From NCBI GenBank assembly GCA_963847445.1, contig CAWJZV010000014.1:32001-96000 (forward strand): a DNA stretch of 64,000 nucleotides, given 5' to 3'. Of this stretch, positions 30,565-40,532 are shown one piece after another; within the stretch, counting starts at the first letter, position 1, and each line of letters opens with the position of its first letter. Source of the DNA: an uncultured delta proteobacterium. Lineage in GTDB: Bacteria; Desulfobacterota; Binatia; UBA9968. Below the pieces are notes generated by a model. It was given only the letters and a program-made list of their open reading frames with translations. It was not told the origin of the DNA and made no database searches. Both the position numbers and the translations under genes were made by a program.

Positions 30565-31935
30565 ATGCCCAAAGACCTGCGCAGTTTCATCGCCGAGCTC
30601 GAAGCCAAACATCCCGAAGAAGTCGCACGGGTGACGAAATCCATCTCGCCGCGCTACGAGATCACGGCGTTGCTGACGCAATTGGAAAAGGCCAAACGGT
30701 TTCCGCTGCTCTACTGCGAAAAGGTCGACGGCGGCGATGCGCCGGTGGTGATCAACGCCCAGGCGAGCCGCAAGCTGATGGCGCTGGCGCTGGAGTGTCA
30801 GCCGGAAGAATTGGCGGCGAAGTTCACCGAGCGCCAGGGCAAACCGATTGCGCCGGTGGAAGTTAGCGACGCGCCGGCGCAGGAAGTCGTCAAGCTTGGC
30901 GATGATATCGATCTGGCCAAAGTGCCGCTGCTCACTCACTACGATGTCAACGCCGCGCCCTACGTCACCGCCGGCATCGTCGTCGCGCCCGATCCCGACA
31001 CCGGCGTGCGCAATACCAGCTACAACCGGCTGATGATGGCGGGCAAGCGCGAGCTGCGCATCTTCATGGCCATCGGCCGCCATCTTTGGACGCTGCACAA
31101 CAAGATGGAGCAGCGCAACCAAGCGCTGCCCATCGCCATCGTCGTCGGCGTCCATCCGCTGTTTTCTCTCGGCGCCCAAGCGTTCACGCCGTCGACGGAT
31201 GACGAATACGCGGTCATCGGCGGCATGATGAACGAACCGTTGCGTGTCGTGAAAGCCAAGACCGTGCCCGTGCTCGTGCCCGCCGACGCGGAGCTGATCA
31301 TCGAAGGCAAGATTTTGCCGAATGTGCGCCGCGAAGAAGGCCCCTTCGGCGAGTTCACCGGCCACGCGGTGTCGAAGGACGAACGCCCGGTGATCGAAGT
31401 GACCGCGATCACCCACCGCAAGAATTATATTTTCCAGGACGTCCACGCCGGCTACACCGAGCATAAGCTGATGGGCGCGGTGCCGCGCGAAGCGGCGCTC
31501 ATCCGCGCCGTGCGCCAGACCGTGCCGACAGTGAAAAACGTCTGCATGCCGGTGTCGGGCAACTGCCGCTTTCACGCCTATATTTCAATTGCCAAGCGCG
31601 GCCCCGGCCAGGCGAAGAACGCCATCTGCGCCGCCTTCGCCGCCGACATGCTGCTCAAACATGTCGTCATCGTCGACGATGACATCGATGTCTTCGATGA
31701 AGAACAAGTGCTCTGGGCGGTGTCGAACCGCTTTCAAGCCGACAAAGATTTGGTCGTCATCGCCAACGCCCAGGGCAGCGAGCTCGATCCCTCCGCCGGC
31801 CCCGGCGGCGTCAACGCCAAGATGGGGCTGGACGCGACCAAGCCGCTCACCGGTTTTGCGCCGGAACTGCGCGTCCCCGATGAAATAATGCGGAAGATTA
31901 GACTGGAAGATTTCTTGCCGACTTCGAAGAAGTAA
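30565..31935 (+). CDS. UbiD family (prFMN-dependent) decarboxylase
   Basis: DLRSFIAELE, YVTAG, NTSYNR, EGPFGEFTG, VDDDIDV, MGLDATKP. Confidence 0.92.
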   Translation: MPKDLRSFIAELEAKHPEEVARVTKSISPRYEITALLTQLEKAKRFPLLYCEKVDGGDAPVVINAQASRKLMALALECQPEELAAKFTERQGKPIAPVEVSDAPAQEVVKLGDDIDLAKVPLLTHYDVNAAPYVTAGIVVAPDPDTGVRNTSYNRLMMAGKRELRIFMAIGRHLWTLHNKMEQRNQALPIAIVVGVHPLFSLGAQAFTPSTDDEYAVIGGMMNEPLRVVKAKTVPVLVPADAELIIEGKILPNVRREEGPFGEFTGHAVSKDERPVIEVTAITHRKNYIFQDVHAGYTEHKLMGAVPREAALIRAVRQTVPTVKNVCMPVSGNCRFHAYISIAKRGPGQAKNAICAAFAADMLLKHVVIVDDDIDVFDEEQVLWAVSNRFQADKDLVVIANAQGSELDPSAGPGGVNAKMGLDATKPLTGFAPELRVPDEIMRKIRLEDFLPTSKK

Positions 31936-32000
31936 GGAGTGAAGGGTGAGGGGTGAGGCGATCGGACCGAACTCCTGACCCTTCACCCCTGACCCCTTAC
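31932..32000. repeat. 7-nt periodic inverted-arm element between convergent genes
   Basis: gtaaggagtgaagggtgaggggtgagg ... cctgacccttcacccctgaccccttac. Confidence 0.65.
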
Positions 32001-32012
32001 GATTTGCCGAAA

Positions 32013-32986
32013 CTACTCCAGCGAAAATTTCGTACCCGACACCCTGCGCCACCGCCCAGCGGTACGCCCAGGCCGCCGCCACGGTATCCCAAATCGCCAT
32101 GCCGACCGACTCGAAGACGACGGTCTCGTTATCACCCGCGCGGCCGGGGATTTTTCCCAGGATGACATCGCCCAATTCCCCGGCGATTTTCGCTGCCGAC
32201 CAACTGCCATCACCAATCATCGCCATGTAGGGCTGGCGCGGCGCTTCGCCGCCGAGCAACTCTTCTTTCCAAGACACGATGACGCGCGAGTTCGCCACCG
32301 TCTGCCGCGGCAGTTGCCCACTGGTGATGGAAACGATCAGCGCGCCCGGTTTGATCCAGCCCGGTTCGATCACTGGCGAGCGCGAACTAGTCGCCAGGCT
32401 GACCATCGGTTGGTTTTCCACGGCGCTCTTGGCTGAGTCGACGGCTTCGACATCGATGTTGAGAAAATCGCTCATCGACCTGGCGAACGACTCGCGGTGT
32501 TCCTTGGTCGAGCTGAAGACTTTTACCTTTCTTATTCCTGGCAGCGCCCGGGCGATGGCGACGATCTGGCCGCGCGCTTGCCGGCCGCTGCCGATCAGAC
32601 CCAAGGTATCGGTGCCTTTGGGCGCCAGATATTTGCCCGCGACACCCGCCGGCGCGCCGGTGCGCCAGACATTCAGACCCGCGTCCGGCGACCAGGGCCA
32701 GCAAGTCGCCGCTCTCGCCGTCGAACAGGACGATGAAATAGCCGTCCTTGGCGCCGCGGAACAGCGCGCTGATGCGCATGCCCTGCCCCGCCCCCGGCAC
32801 GGCGGAGGTCATGATGCGATATTTTTTCTGGCGGTCGATCAAACTAGTTTCAACCCGCGCTTGTCCGGCGACCTCATTACTATTAAAATCGCCCATTGAG
32901 GTTTCGATGAGCGGCAAGAGCGCGTCCATATTCGACGGTTGACAGTACAAAGAAGCTAAGTCTTTCTCGCTCAAGAGCAATGCCAT
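32013..32986 (-). CDS. ornithine cyclodeaminase / mu-crystallin family protein (frameshifted)
   Basis: LFDGESG, RTGA, GLIGSGRQA, ELGDVILGKIPGR, FESVGMAIWD. Confidence 0.87.
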
Positions 32987-33137
32987 TGCTCAATCCTCCA
33001 TTTTGGCTGGCACTATAAAACCGACTGACTTTACCTGAGGAAAACCACGTCCATGCCGCACAATTCCAGCCAATGTGTTAGTATATGATCGATAGTTATC
33101 TCTCAATTCGGGATATCATATCTAGCCAATTTTATTC

Positions 33138-34133
33138 ATGGCGGACATCTATAATACCAAGGCGAAGCTCCTGCGCGGCGTGGTCCAGGATAACGTCGAC
33201 ATCGTCCAGGGGGTCAGAACTAAATATCCCGCCAAGCGCAGGCTACCCTTCCGCTATTGGCTTTCAGCCTGCATCGCCATGCTCGGCATCGCCTATCTGG
33301 CGATCCCCTCACAGGTCGTTTCCACCGCCAACACTTCGGCCAACGAAGCGACCGGCACGGTTTCCGCTGCCAATATCGCGCAAACCCCGGAGTCCGCCGG
33401 GGCGCTAAATTCACCCCGACCGCTAGACAAAAGAGCCGTACCGCTGTCGATCAAGAGAATCATCATCGATCCCGGCCATGGCGGCGAGTCCGGCGCGATC
33501 TCGCAATCGGGCGTCATGGAAAAAGAAATTACCTTGGACGTGGCGCTGCGCCTGCGCCGGCTCATGGGAAATGGCCCCTACGATGTCCTGCTCACGCGTG
33601 AAACCGACCAGTCGGTGCCACTCGACAAGCGGGTGGCCTTCGCCAATGAAAACAAGGGCGATCTGTTCATCTCGATCCACGTGAATTCGCTGGAACCGAA
33701 ATCTCTTCGCGTCCTGGAAACCTACTACGTCGGACCCACCGACGATCCGGCGACCCTCAGGCTGGCAAGCATCGAAAACAAAGACTCAGGCTACTCGCTG
33801 TCGGACTATAAAAAAATTCTGGAAAAAATTTACGTCGACGCACGCCACGATGAATCCAGAACCTTTGCCAAACACATCCAAGCCCAGCTCCATCATTCAC
33901 TTAAACCGGTCAATCCCTGGCTGGAGAACCGCGGCGTCAAGACCGCCCCCTTTGTCGTCCTGATCGGCACCCAGATGCCGGCCATCCTGGTCGAGATCTC
34001 GGCGCTGTCCAACGACGAAGAGGTTAAGTTGTTGACAAAAGAGGATTATCGCGAAAATATCGCCCTTGCCCTGCTCCAGGGCATCAAGAACTACGCGCGC
34101 AATTTCAACCTCCCCGAGAGGAAAGGCAATTAG
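33138..34133 (+). CDS. N-acetylmuramoyl-L-alanine amidase (Amidase_3), membrane-anchored
   Basis: Zn/catalytic motifs IDPGHGG, EKEITL, FISIHVN, PAILVE; ~40 aa N-terminal tail then a hydrophobic segment. Confidence 0.92.
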   Translation: MADIYNTKAKLLRGVVQDNVDIVQGVRTKYPAKRRLPFRYWLSACIAMLGIAYLAIPSQVVSTANTSANEATGTVSAANIAQTPESAGALNSPRPLDKRAVPLSIKRIIIDPGHGGESGAISQSGVMEKEITLDVALRLRRLMGNGPYDVLLTRETDQSVPLDKRVAFANENKGDLFISIHVNSLEPKSLRVLETYYVGPTDDPATLRLASIENKDSGYSLSDYKKILEKIYVDARHDESRTFAKHIQAQLHHSLKPVNPWLENRGVKTAPFVVLIGTQMPAILVEISALSNDEEVKLLTKEDYRENIALALLQGIKNYARNFNLPERKGN

Positions 34134-34136
34134 GTC

Positions 34137-35168
34137 ATGGAAGAAAGCAATGAACCCCTCTGCGTCGGCATCGATCTTGGCACATCGCGCAGCTCGATCT
34201 CCGCGTCAAACGGCGAGCGCCATGTGATCGACAGCTACGTCGGTTGGCCGCTGGATATGGTGGCGCGCAAGATCATCAAAAAAAGCATCTTGATCGGCCG
34301 CGAGGCGCTCGATAACCGCTCCATGCTCGACCTGCGCCGTCCGCTCGAACGGGGCATCATGAAGGAAGGCTCGGAGAAAGACCAAGAGGCGGTGCAGGAG
34401 ATCCTCAAACATCTGATCAACCTCGCCGGCATCAAGCAAAAAGGGAAAAACAAATCGAAAGTGCGCGCGGTGGTCGGCGTGCCGGCGGAGGCCTTCCGAG
34501 TGAGCCGGCAAAACCTGCGCAATACCATGGAAGGCATCGCCGACAGCGTCATGCTGGTCTCTGAACCCTTCGCCGTGGCTTACGGCCTGGAAGCGCTGCT
34601 GCATGCCTTGGTGATCGACATCGGCGCCGGCACCGCCGACTTTTGTGTCATGCAGGGGCGTTATCCCACTGAAGACGACCAGCGCACTCTGTCCGCCGCC
34701 GGCGACTCCATCGACGAACAATTGGAAAAACTGGTCCGCGAACACCACCCCGACGCGCAGTTTTCCGTGCACATGATCCGCCAGTGGAAGGAGCAATGGA
34801 GCTTTGTCGGTGAACCTAAAGACCGCGTCCTCGTCACCGCACCGGTCAAAGGCAAAGCCAGCGAACTCGATATCACTCACGAGATGCGCACCGCCTGCGA
34901 AAGCATCCTGCCGCCGATTTGCGAGACCTTGCAGGATATCCTGTCGAAAGTCGAACCTGACTTCCAAGACAAAGTCCGCAACAACGTCATCCTTGCCGGC
35001 GGCAGCTCGCTGATCGCCGGACTCACTGACGCGATCCAGAAATCGCTGATCGAGCTCGGCGGGGGTCGGGCGACGGTCGTCAAAGATCCGGTGTTCGCCG
35101 GTTGCGACGGCGGCTTGGCCATCGCCCGCGATGCTTCGAGCGCCGATTGGGAGAAGCTGTCGCTGTAG
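34137..35168 (+). CDS. MamK-like actin (MreB/Mbl superfamily)
   Basis: GIDLGTS phosphate-1, SEPFAVAYG, DIGAGT phosphate-2, KEQWSFVG, LAGGSS; motif pattern matches MamK (SEPF.V.YG, KEQFSFVG, KDP.F.GC) rather than MreB. Confidence 0.85.
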   Translation: MEESNEPLCVGIDLGTSRSSISASNGERHVIDSYVGWPLDMVARKIIKKSILIGREALDNRSMLDLRRPLERGIMKEGSEKDQEAVQEILKHLINLAGIKQKGKNKSKVRAVVGVPAEAFRVSRQNLRNTMEGIADSVMLVSEPFAVAYGLEALLHALVIDIGAGTADFCVMQGRYPTEDDQRTLSAAGDSIDEQLEKLVREHHPDAQFSVHMIRQWKEQWSFVGEPKDRVLVTAPVKGKASELDITHEMRTACESILPPICETLQDILSKVEPDFQDKVRNNVILAGGSSLIAGLTDAIQKSLIELGGGRATVVKDPVFAGCDGGLAIARDASSADWEKLSL

Positions 35169-35823
35169 AAATCGTGCACCCCTGGAACGATTACTCATGG
35201 TCAGCCGGTAAACCGGGTCGCTAATATTCGCTAGCGCGGCATCGGGGTTGGCACTCGCACCGATGATCCTCACGACCTCGCTTATCCGCGACAAAAAAAC
35301 CGCCGCACCGAGTCAGACACCGTCCATAGCCGGATCTCCTCTCCGGCATCAAGTAAAGCACGAAAAAGAAAATCTCGACGCAGCCCGCCGCACCGCCGAA
35401 GCGATCAACGGCGCGCACGACCAGTTGCGGCATCTTTTAAGCCGGACGTTGAACGGGCAACCGACGTATAACGTCGTCAGGACTCAAGGCAGGTATCAAC
35501 TCCAATATTTCGCCAATGTTAGCGCTCACTCTCAGATCAAAACAATCCCGATCGATGGACTGGAAAAGCGCAATCATCAACTCGGCTTGTTCAACTGCAG
35601 AGACACCATCCTCTTCGTCCACGACATACTTTACCCCGGTCATGATTCGGCGTTGCCCTCTGCCAAACTTGACCAATAAGTCTCTTGAAACCTCAGTCGA
35701 TTGGTTGTTGCCACTCCATCCGAGGTGGAACATTCTTAGTCAAAGATGTTCTTTAGTGCCGGCGCGACGGCCATTGAATATTTTTCCGACAGCTAAAATT
35801 CGCAGCGGAGGTATTTTACACAT

Positions 35824-35883
35824 GCGCATGATCGTCATCGGCACCGGCGCCATTGGCGGCATTATCGGCGGCGGGCTGCCCCG
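35824..35883 (+). pseudogene. orphan duplicate of the 5' end of the ketopantoate reductase-family gene
   Basis: ~60 bp aligning with 40538-40597 (MIVIGTG.IGGIIGG.L), preceded by a GGAGG RBS. Confidence 0.75.
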
Positions 35884-36083
35884 TCGGGGACCTTTCGCAA
35901 ACAGACAAGACAAGATTCGGCGCACAGCTATTTTCTCTAGCTCCGTTGGTCTGGCTATAGCCGATGACTTCAAAGAACTTTCGTTGCAAGAAAATTTGTT
36001 CCTGCTATGCGAAATTGACCCGGCTATAGGAATGGCAAACCTTGGCAGGGCCCGGCAATGCCGGGAATTGACCTATAAACTAT

Positions 36084-39000
36084 TTAAATGAAGAGTAGAC
36101 ACTGGCAGGCGTCGGCCTCGAACAACCAAAACTGGTCGAGTACGGTGAACCATAGTCCGCTCAGGCGAGTTTTCAATTTGCCTGCCCAATGCATTAGGTA
36201 GGGTTCTTTGAGGACGCTGCGATGATCGCCGGGGACGACGTGAATTTCCACGCCTCCTTCGGCTAACTGCGACCAACACTGGGATTCTTGACCGCCCTCG
36301 GCGCTCATAACGATATCGAGCCGGCCCGGATGAATGGAAGGTATATATTTCTCGACGGCCCGGCCGTATATCGCCAAGATGTATGAACTCCGAAACGCAA
36401 CCGGGATCTTGTAGCCGAGTTTCAGGCAAGCCTCAATAGTGATCTTTTTCGCAATCTTGACAACTGGCGTCGCAACCGAAGCACAGACGAGTTTTACAAC
36501 GCCAATTAAACGCGTGCGGCAATAATCTAGTTTTTCTGCTGGCGTGCCAAGGCTGCTGAGGCTGCGCAGATGCCGAGACCACCACCGCTGCGGTGACGAT
36601 TCCATGGTTGGTTTAGCAGCTACTGGCACACTTGCGGGAGCCAAGAGAACATTCTTGGGTTGGTCCGGATCCAACATGAAAAGCATGCGTATTTCTTCAC
36701 CTTGTTGGCTGAACTGATGAGCGATTTCGAAAGCCACGAGCGCACCGAAGCAATAACCTCCAAGCAAATAAGGTCCTCGCGGTTGGACCTGGCGAATCTC
36801 GCTGGCGTAATGGCTTGCGATGGTTTCCACCGTGATAAAACGGATTCGCCTCCCGTCTTCGCCCTGGTGTCTTAATCCATATACCGGTTGGTCCGAGCCC
36901 AGATAGCGCGCCAGAACCCCGTCGCTAGCTTCTCCATGGATCCAGAAAAAAGGATCTTTGGAACCATTGGGTTGAAGCGTTACGAGAGATGACCACGGGG
37001 TCGGCGGACCATCTTGGCAGATAAGCTGCGCGAATTGCTCCACAGTAGGCGCCTGGAAAAGGGCAGCAACGGGAAGTTTTTTTCCAAACACTTTCTCGAT
37101 CTGACCAATGAGTTTGACAGCCAACAATGAATGCCCGCCGTGGTCAAAAAAATTGTCACGCACGCCCACCCTCGCCATATTGAGAACGTCAGCCCATAGA
37201 CGGGTCAGTGTGGTTTCAACCGGAGTCCGCGCCGCAACGAAAGCTGCCTGCAGTGCTGCGGCGGGTGTCTCAGGAAGCGGTAGCGCTGCGCGATCTATCT
37301 TGCCGTTCGGTGTTAGGGGAAGCGACGTTAAGAGCGTGATGACTGACGGCACCATGTAGTCGGGTAGTTTTTCTCTGAGGAATGCCCTTAGGCCATCAGT
37401 CGACGAAACTTCAGGTTGCGTCAAGACCACATAGGCAACGAGACGCGTCTCATTGGTTTTATCCTGCCACGCTCGAACCACGCTTTCTCGCACCAAAGAA
37501 TGTTGAGCGAGGACGGCTTCAATCTCCTCCACCTCGATCCTGAAGCCCCGGACCTTGACTTGGGTATCCATGCGCCCCAACAACTCGATATTGCCGTCAG
37601 ACAGATACCGCGCGAGGTCGCCAGTTTTGTAGAGGCGGCCGTGCTCGGCTCCAGCAAACGGATCGTGGATGAATTTATCCGCTGTCAAGGCGGGATTATT
37701 AAGATAACCCCTCGCAACTCCTTCACCACCGATATGCAACTCCCCGGGTATGCCGATGGGAACTGGATTCAGCGCGGAATCAAGTATGTAGACCTTCGTG
37801 TTGGATATCGGGCGACCAATCGGCACCGGTGTCAGCGCCTGGTCTGCCCCGTGAGGCATGGCTTCAAAAATCGTGGTTGTGATTGTGGCTTCGGTGCAAC
37901 CGTAAGCATTGATCAAGCGAACGGCATCACCGACGACTTTGTGCCATACACGGACTTTTTCCGGTGATAATCGATCGCTACCTACCACGACCAGCCGGAG
38001 CGCTCGCGGGATCGCCATCGCGAAATATTCCAACTCGGTAACCCACTGATGCCAGTACGGCGCGGGGATATTGACGACGCTCACCATTTCCCTATCCAGA
38101 AACGCAACGAACTCCGCTATCGACAGCATCCGATTTGGTTTCATGACGAGTACGCCGCCGCCCAACCATGTGGGGAACATCTCTTCAGCCGCTACGTCGA
38201 AGCTCGGCGAAGCGAACTGTAGCACCCGGTCGCTTTCCTTGAGGTCGTAGTGGAAAACCGCGGCTAAGCTGGCATTCACGAGAGCCCGATGTGTAATCAG
38301 AACTCCTTTTGGAGTGCCGGTGGTGCCGGACGTGTAGTTAACGTAAGCGAGGTTATCGCTAGTTTCTTCAACCGGCAGGTTCATCGCACTTTCTGCGGCA
38401 ATCTCTGCCCAGTCGGTGTCAAGACATACCACATTTGTAAAAGACATCGGTGATCGGACGGCAAGGCGATGGGAAGTCAGCAGGACCGGTGCCTTCGTGT
38501 CCTCCAACATAAAACGAATGCGTTCTGTCGGATAAGCGGGGTCCAAGGGTAGGTAAGCACCCCCGGCCTTCAGAATTCCGAGAATTCCCACCATCATTTC
38601 TATAGACCGATCGACGCAAATGCCCACAGGAATGTCCGCTCCAACATGCATGTTTCTAAGGTAGCGAGCGAGTCGATTGGACCTCTCATCGAGGTCTCGA
38701 TAGGTGAGCCGTCCCACTTCGGATACAACCGCGACCGCGTCTGGAGTTAACCGTGCTTGCGCTTCAAAGAGACTGTGAATACATTTCTCGCCGGGATATG
38801 GTTTTGCCGTATTATTCCAATCGATCGCCACTTGATGCCACTCCGCCCGAGGAAGAATGGGCAGCTGCAAAATTCTTTGGTCCGGAGCCGCAACAACGCC
38901 TTCCAAAAGAACTCCGTAATGGGCAAGTAAACGCTCCATCGTGGCAGCTTCAAACAGATCGGTGCTGTACGCCAGTGATTGCTTAAGTCCGTCGGGCTCA

Positions 39001-40343
39001 TCCTGCAGAGTGAGACTCAGATCATAGATGGCAATGTGACTGTTGCCGGATCCTCTCCTCACATCAAGACCGGGGATTTTTAGAGGTTGCGCCGGGATAT
39101 TCTGAAGGGCGAACAGCACTTGGAAAAGCGGTGCCTGGTTTAGATTTCTCTCGGGCTTGATATCTTGCAGCAGCTTCTCAAAAGGAAGGTCATGATGCTC
39201 ATAAGCTCCAAGGGTTAGTTCACGCACGCGTTTAAGCAGCTCCCGAAAGGTAGGATTACCGCCAAGGTCGCTTCTCAGCACTAGCTTGTTATCGAAGCAA
39301 CCGATCAAGTCTTGGATCTCCGCACGATTCCGACCGTTGATGGGGGTACCCACCGCAAAATCCTCTTGTCCTGAATAACGGAACAATAAGGTTTGAAAGG
39401 CCGCCAATAAGGTCACAAATAACGTAACCCCCTCTTGACGGCTGAGCGCTTTCAGCTGGTCCGACAAGGTTTTAGAAAGAAAGGACGATCGCATGGCACC
39501 TTGATAGCTGTGACTTGAGGATCGAGGGTGGTCAGTGGGCAACTGCAAAGTTGGAACTCCGTCAAGTTGCTTCTTCCAGTAGTCGAGTTGCTTGTCGAGG
39601 ATCTTTGGCTGCGGCCACCGATGTTGCCACAAGGCATAATCCGCATATTGAATCGGTAGTTCTGGGAAAGGGCAAGATTCGCCCCTCAAGAAAGCACTAT
39701 ACAGCGCCGCGAACTCGCGCCAAAGAAGTTCGTTGGACCAATCATCGAAAACGATGCGATGTGTTATGACGACCAACGCATGGTCATTTTCAGCTAGTCT
39801 GACCAAGATAGCTCGCAGCATTGAGGCACGAGAAAGGTCGATGGGCTGTTCCGACAACCTAACGATTAAGCGTTGCAGTTCTCCTTCTTGCGCTTCTCGC
39901 GTAGATTCCCCAAGTTCTATGATTTTGAGATCTACGGATGGCTTTCCATTGATCAGCTGTACGGGACTTCCCTCATCCGTTGTCCCGAAATTGGTTCGAA
40001 GGATCTCGTGTCGCTCGACTAAAGCAACGAGCGCCGACTTCACTAATTCTCGATCAACATCGCCATGCAGGCGAATGAACGTCGGTTCTTCGTAAGCTGG
40101 ACAATCGGGTTCCAGCTGGTTCAAAAACCACAGTCGTTGCTGAGCAAACGAAAGTGGCGCCGAACGGCGGTCTTGCCGCCGTTGAATTCTCTGATGATTG
40201 GGGTCGGCATAGCCTGCCTCTCCAACCTGAAGATCGAGCGGCGCTTGCTCGTGGGGTGCAGCTCTAGTGAGCCAATCGCGAAAATTATCCATAAGCGACC
40301 AGAGGAAACTTTTGCTTGAATGCTGCGAGCATTTTATTTTCAC
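36084..40343 (-). CDS. single-module NRPS, C-A-T-TE
   Basis: LSFAQQRLWFL, THRIVFDDWS, YTSGTTGTPKG, YKTGDL, NGKIDR, FFDHGGHSL, GYCFG; start may be the ATG near 40292. Confidence 0.93.
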   Translation of the reverse strand: MKIKCSQHSSKSFLWSLMDNFRDWLTRAAPHEQAPLDLQVGEAGYADPNHQRIQRRQDRRSAPLSFAQQRLWFLNQLEPDCPAYEEPTFIRLHGDVDRELVKSALVALVERHEILRTNFGTTDEGSPVQLINGKPSVDLKIIELGESTREAQEGELQRLIVRLSEQPIDLSRASMLRAILVRLAENDHALVVITHRIVFDDWSNELLWREFAALYSAFLRGESCPFPELPIQYADYALWQHRWPQPKILDKQLDYWKKQLDGVPTLQLPTDHPRSSSHSYQGAMRSSFLSKTLSDQLKALSRQEGVTLFVTLLAAFQTLLFRYSGQEDFAVGTPINGRNRAEIQDLIGCFDNKLVLRSDLGGNPTFRELLKRVRELTLGAYEHHDLPFEKLLQDIKPERNLNQAPLFQVLFALQNIPAQPLKIPGLDVRRGSGNSHIAIYDLSLTLQDEPDGLKQSLAYSTDLFEAATMERLLAHYGVLLEGVVAAPDQRILQLPILPRAEWHQVAIDWNNTAKPYPGEKCIHSLFEAQARLTPDAVAVVSEVGRLTYRDLDERSNRLARYLRNMHVGADIPVGICVDRSIEMMVGILGILKAGGAYLPLDPAYPTERIRFMLEDTKAPVLLTSHRLAVRSPMSFTNVVCLDTDWAEIAAESAMNLPVEETSDNLAYVNYTSGTTGTPKGVLITHRALVNASLAAVFHYDLKESDRVLQFASPSFDVAAEEMFPTWLGGGVLVMKPNRMLSIAEFVAFLDREMVSVVNIPAPYWHQWVTELEYFAMAIPRALRLVVVGSDRLSPEKVRVWHKVVGDAVRLINAYGCTEATITTTIFEAMPHGADQALTPVPIGRPISNTKVYILDSALNPVPIGIPGELHIGGEGVARGYLNNPALTADKFIHDPFAGAEHGRLYKTGDLARYLSDGNIELLGRMDTQVKVRGFRIEVEEIEAVLAQHSLVRESVVRAWQDKTNETRLVAYVVLTQPEVSSTDGLRAFLREKLPDYMVPSVITLLTSLPLTPNGKIDRAALPLPETPAAALQAAFVAARTPVETTLTRLWADVLNMARVGVRDNFFDHGGHSLLAVKLIGQIEKVFGKKLPVAALFQAPTVEQFAQLICQDGPPTPWSSLVTLQPNGSKDPFFWIHGEASDGVLARYLGSDQPVYGLRHQGEDGRRIRFITVETIASHYASEIRQVQPRGPYLLGGYCFGALVAFEIAHQFSQQGEEIRMLFMLDPDQPKNVLLAPASVPVAAKPTMESSPQRWWSRHLRSLSSLGTPAEKLDYCRTRLIGVVKLVCASVATPVVKIAKKITIEACLKLGYKIPVAFRSSYILAIYGRAVEKYIPSIHPGRLDIVMSAEGGQESQCWSQLAEGGVEIHVVPGDHRSVLKEPYLMHWAGKLKTRLSGLWFTVLDQFWLFEADACQCLLFI

Positions 40344-40532
40344 CAGTTCATCGAGTCAATAAATTTACTGCTCTTCATTCGCGCAATCTGCGGTTACGGT
40401 ACAACTAACCTCGTTGTCATCTGTGATCGGCACAGTCGAACTCGATCGTAAGTCATTTCTACAAGATTGACCGGTCGCGCATTTTTGCGTACTTATTGGC
40501 ATTTAAGAGTCGAAACTAGAGGAGAAACCACC

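Noticed and set aside
34137-35168. Magnetosome island or mreBCD operon
   Set aside because: No other mam/mms genes and no mreC/mreD/rodA in the window
35200-35750. Short ORFs on both strands between the actin and the NRPS islet, with a faint glycosyltransferase-like look on the minus strand
   Set aside because: No convincing motif or RBS; may be decayed sequence but I cannot assign it
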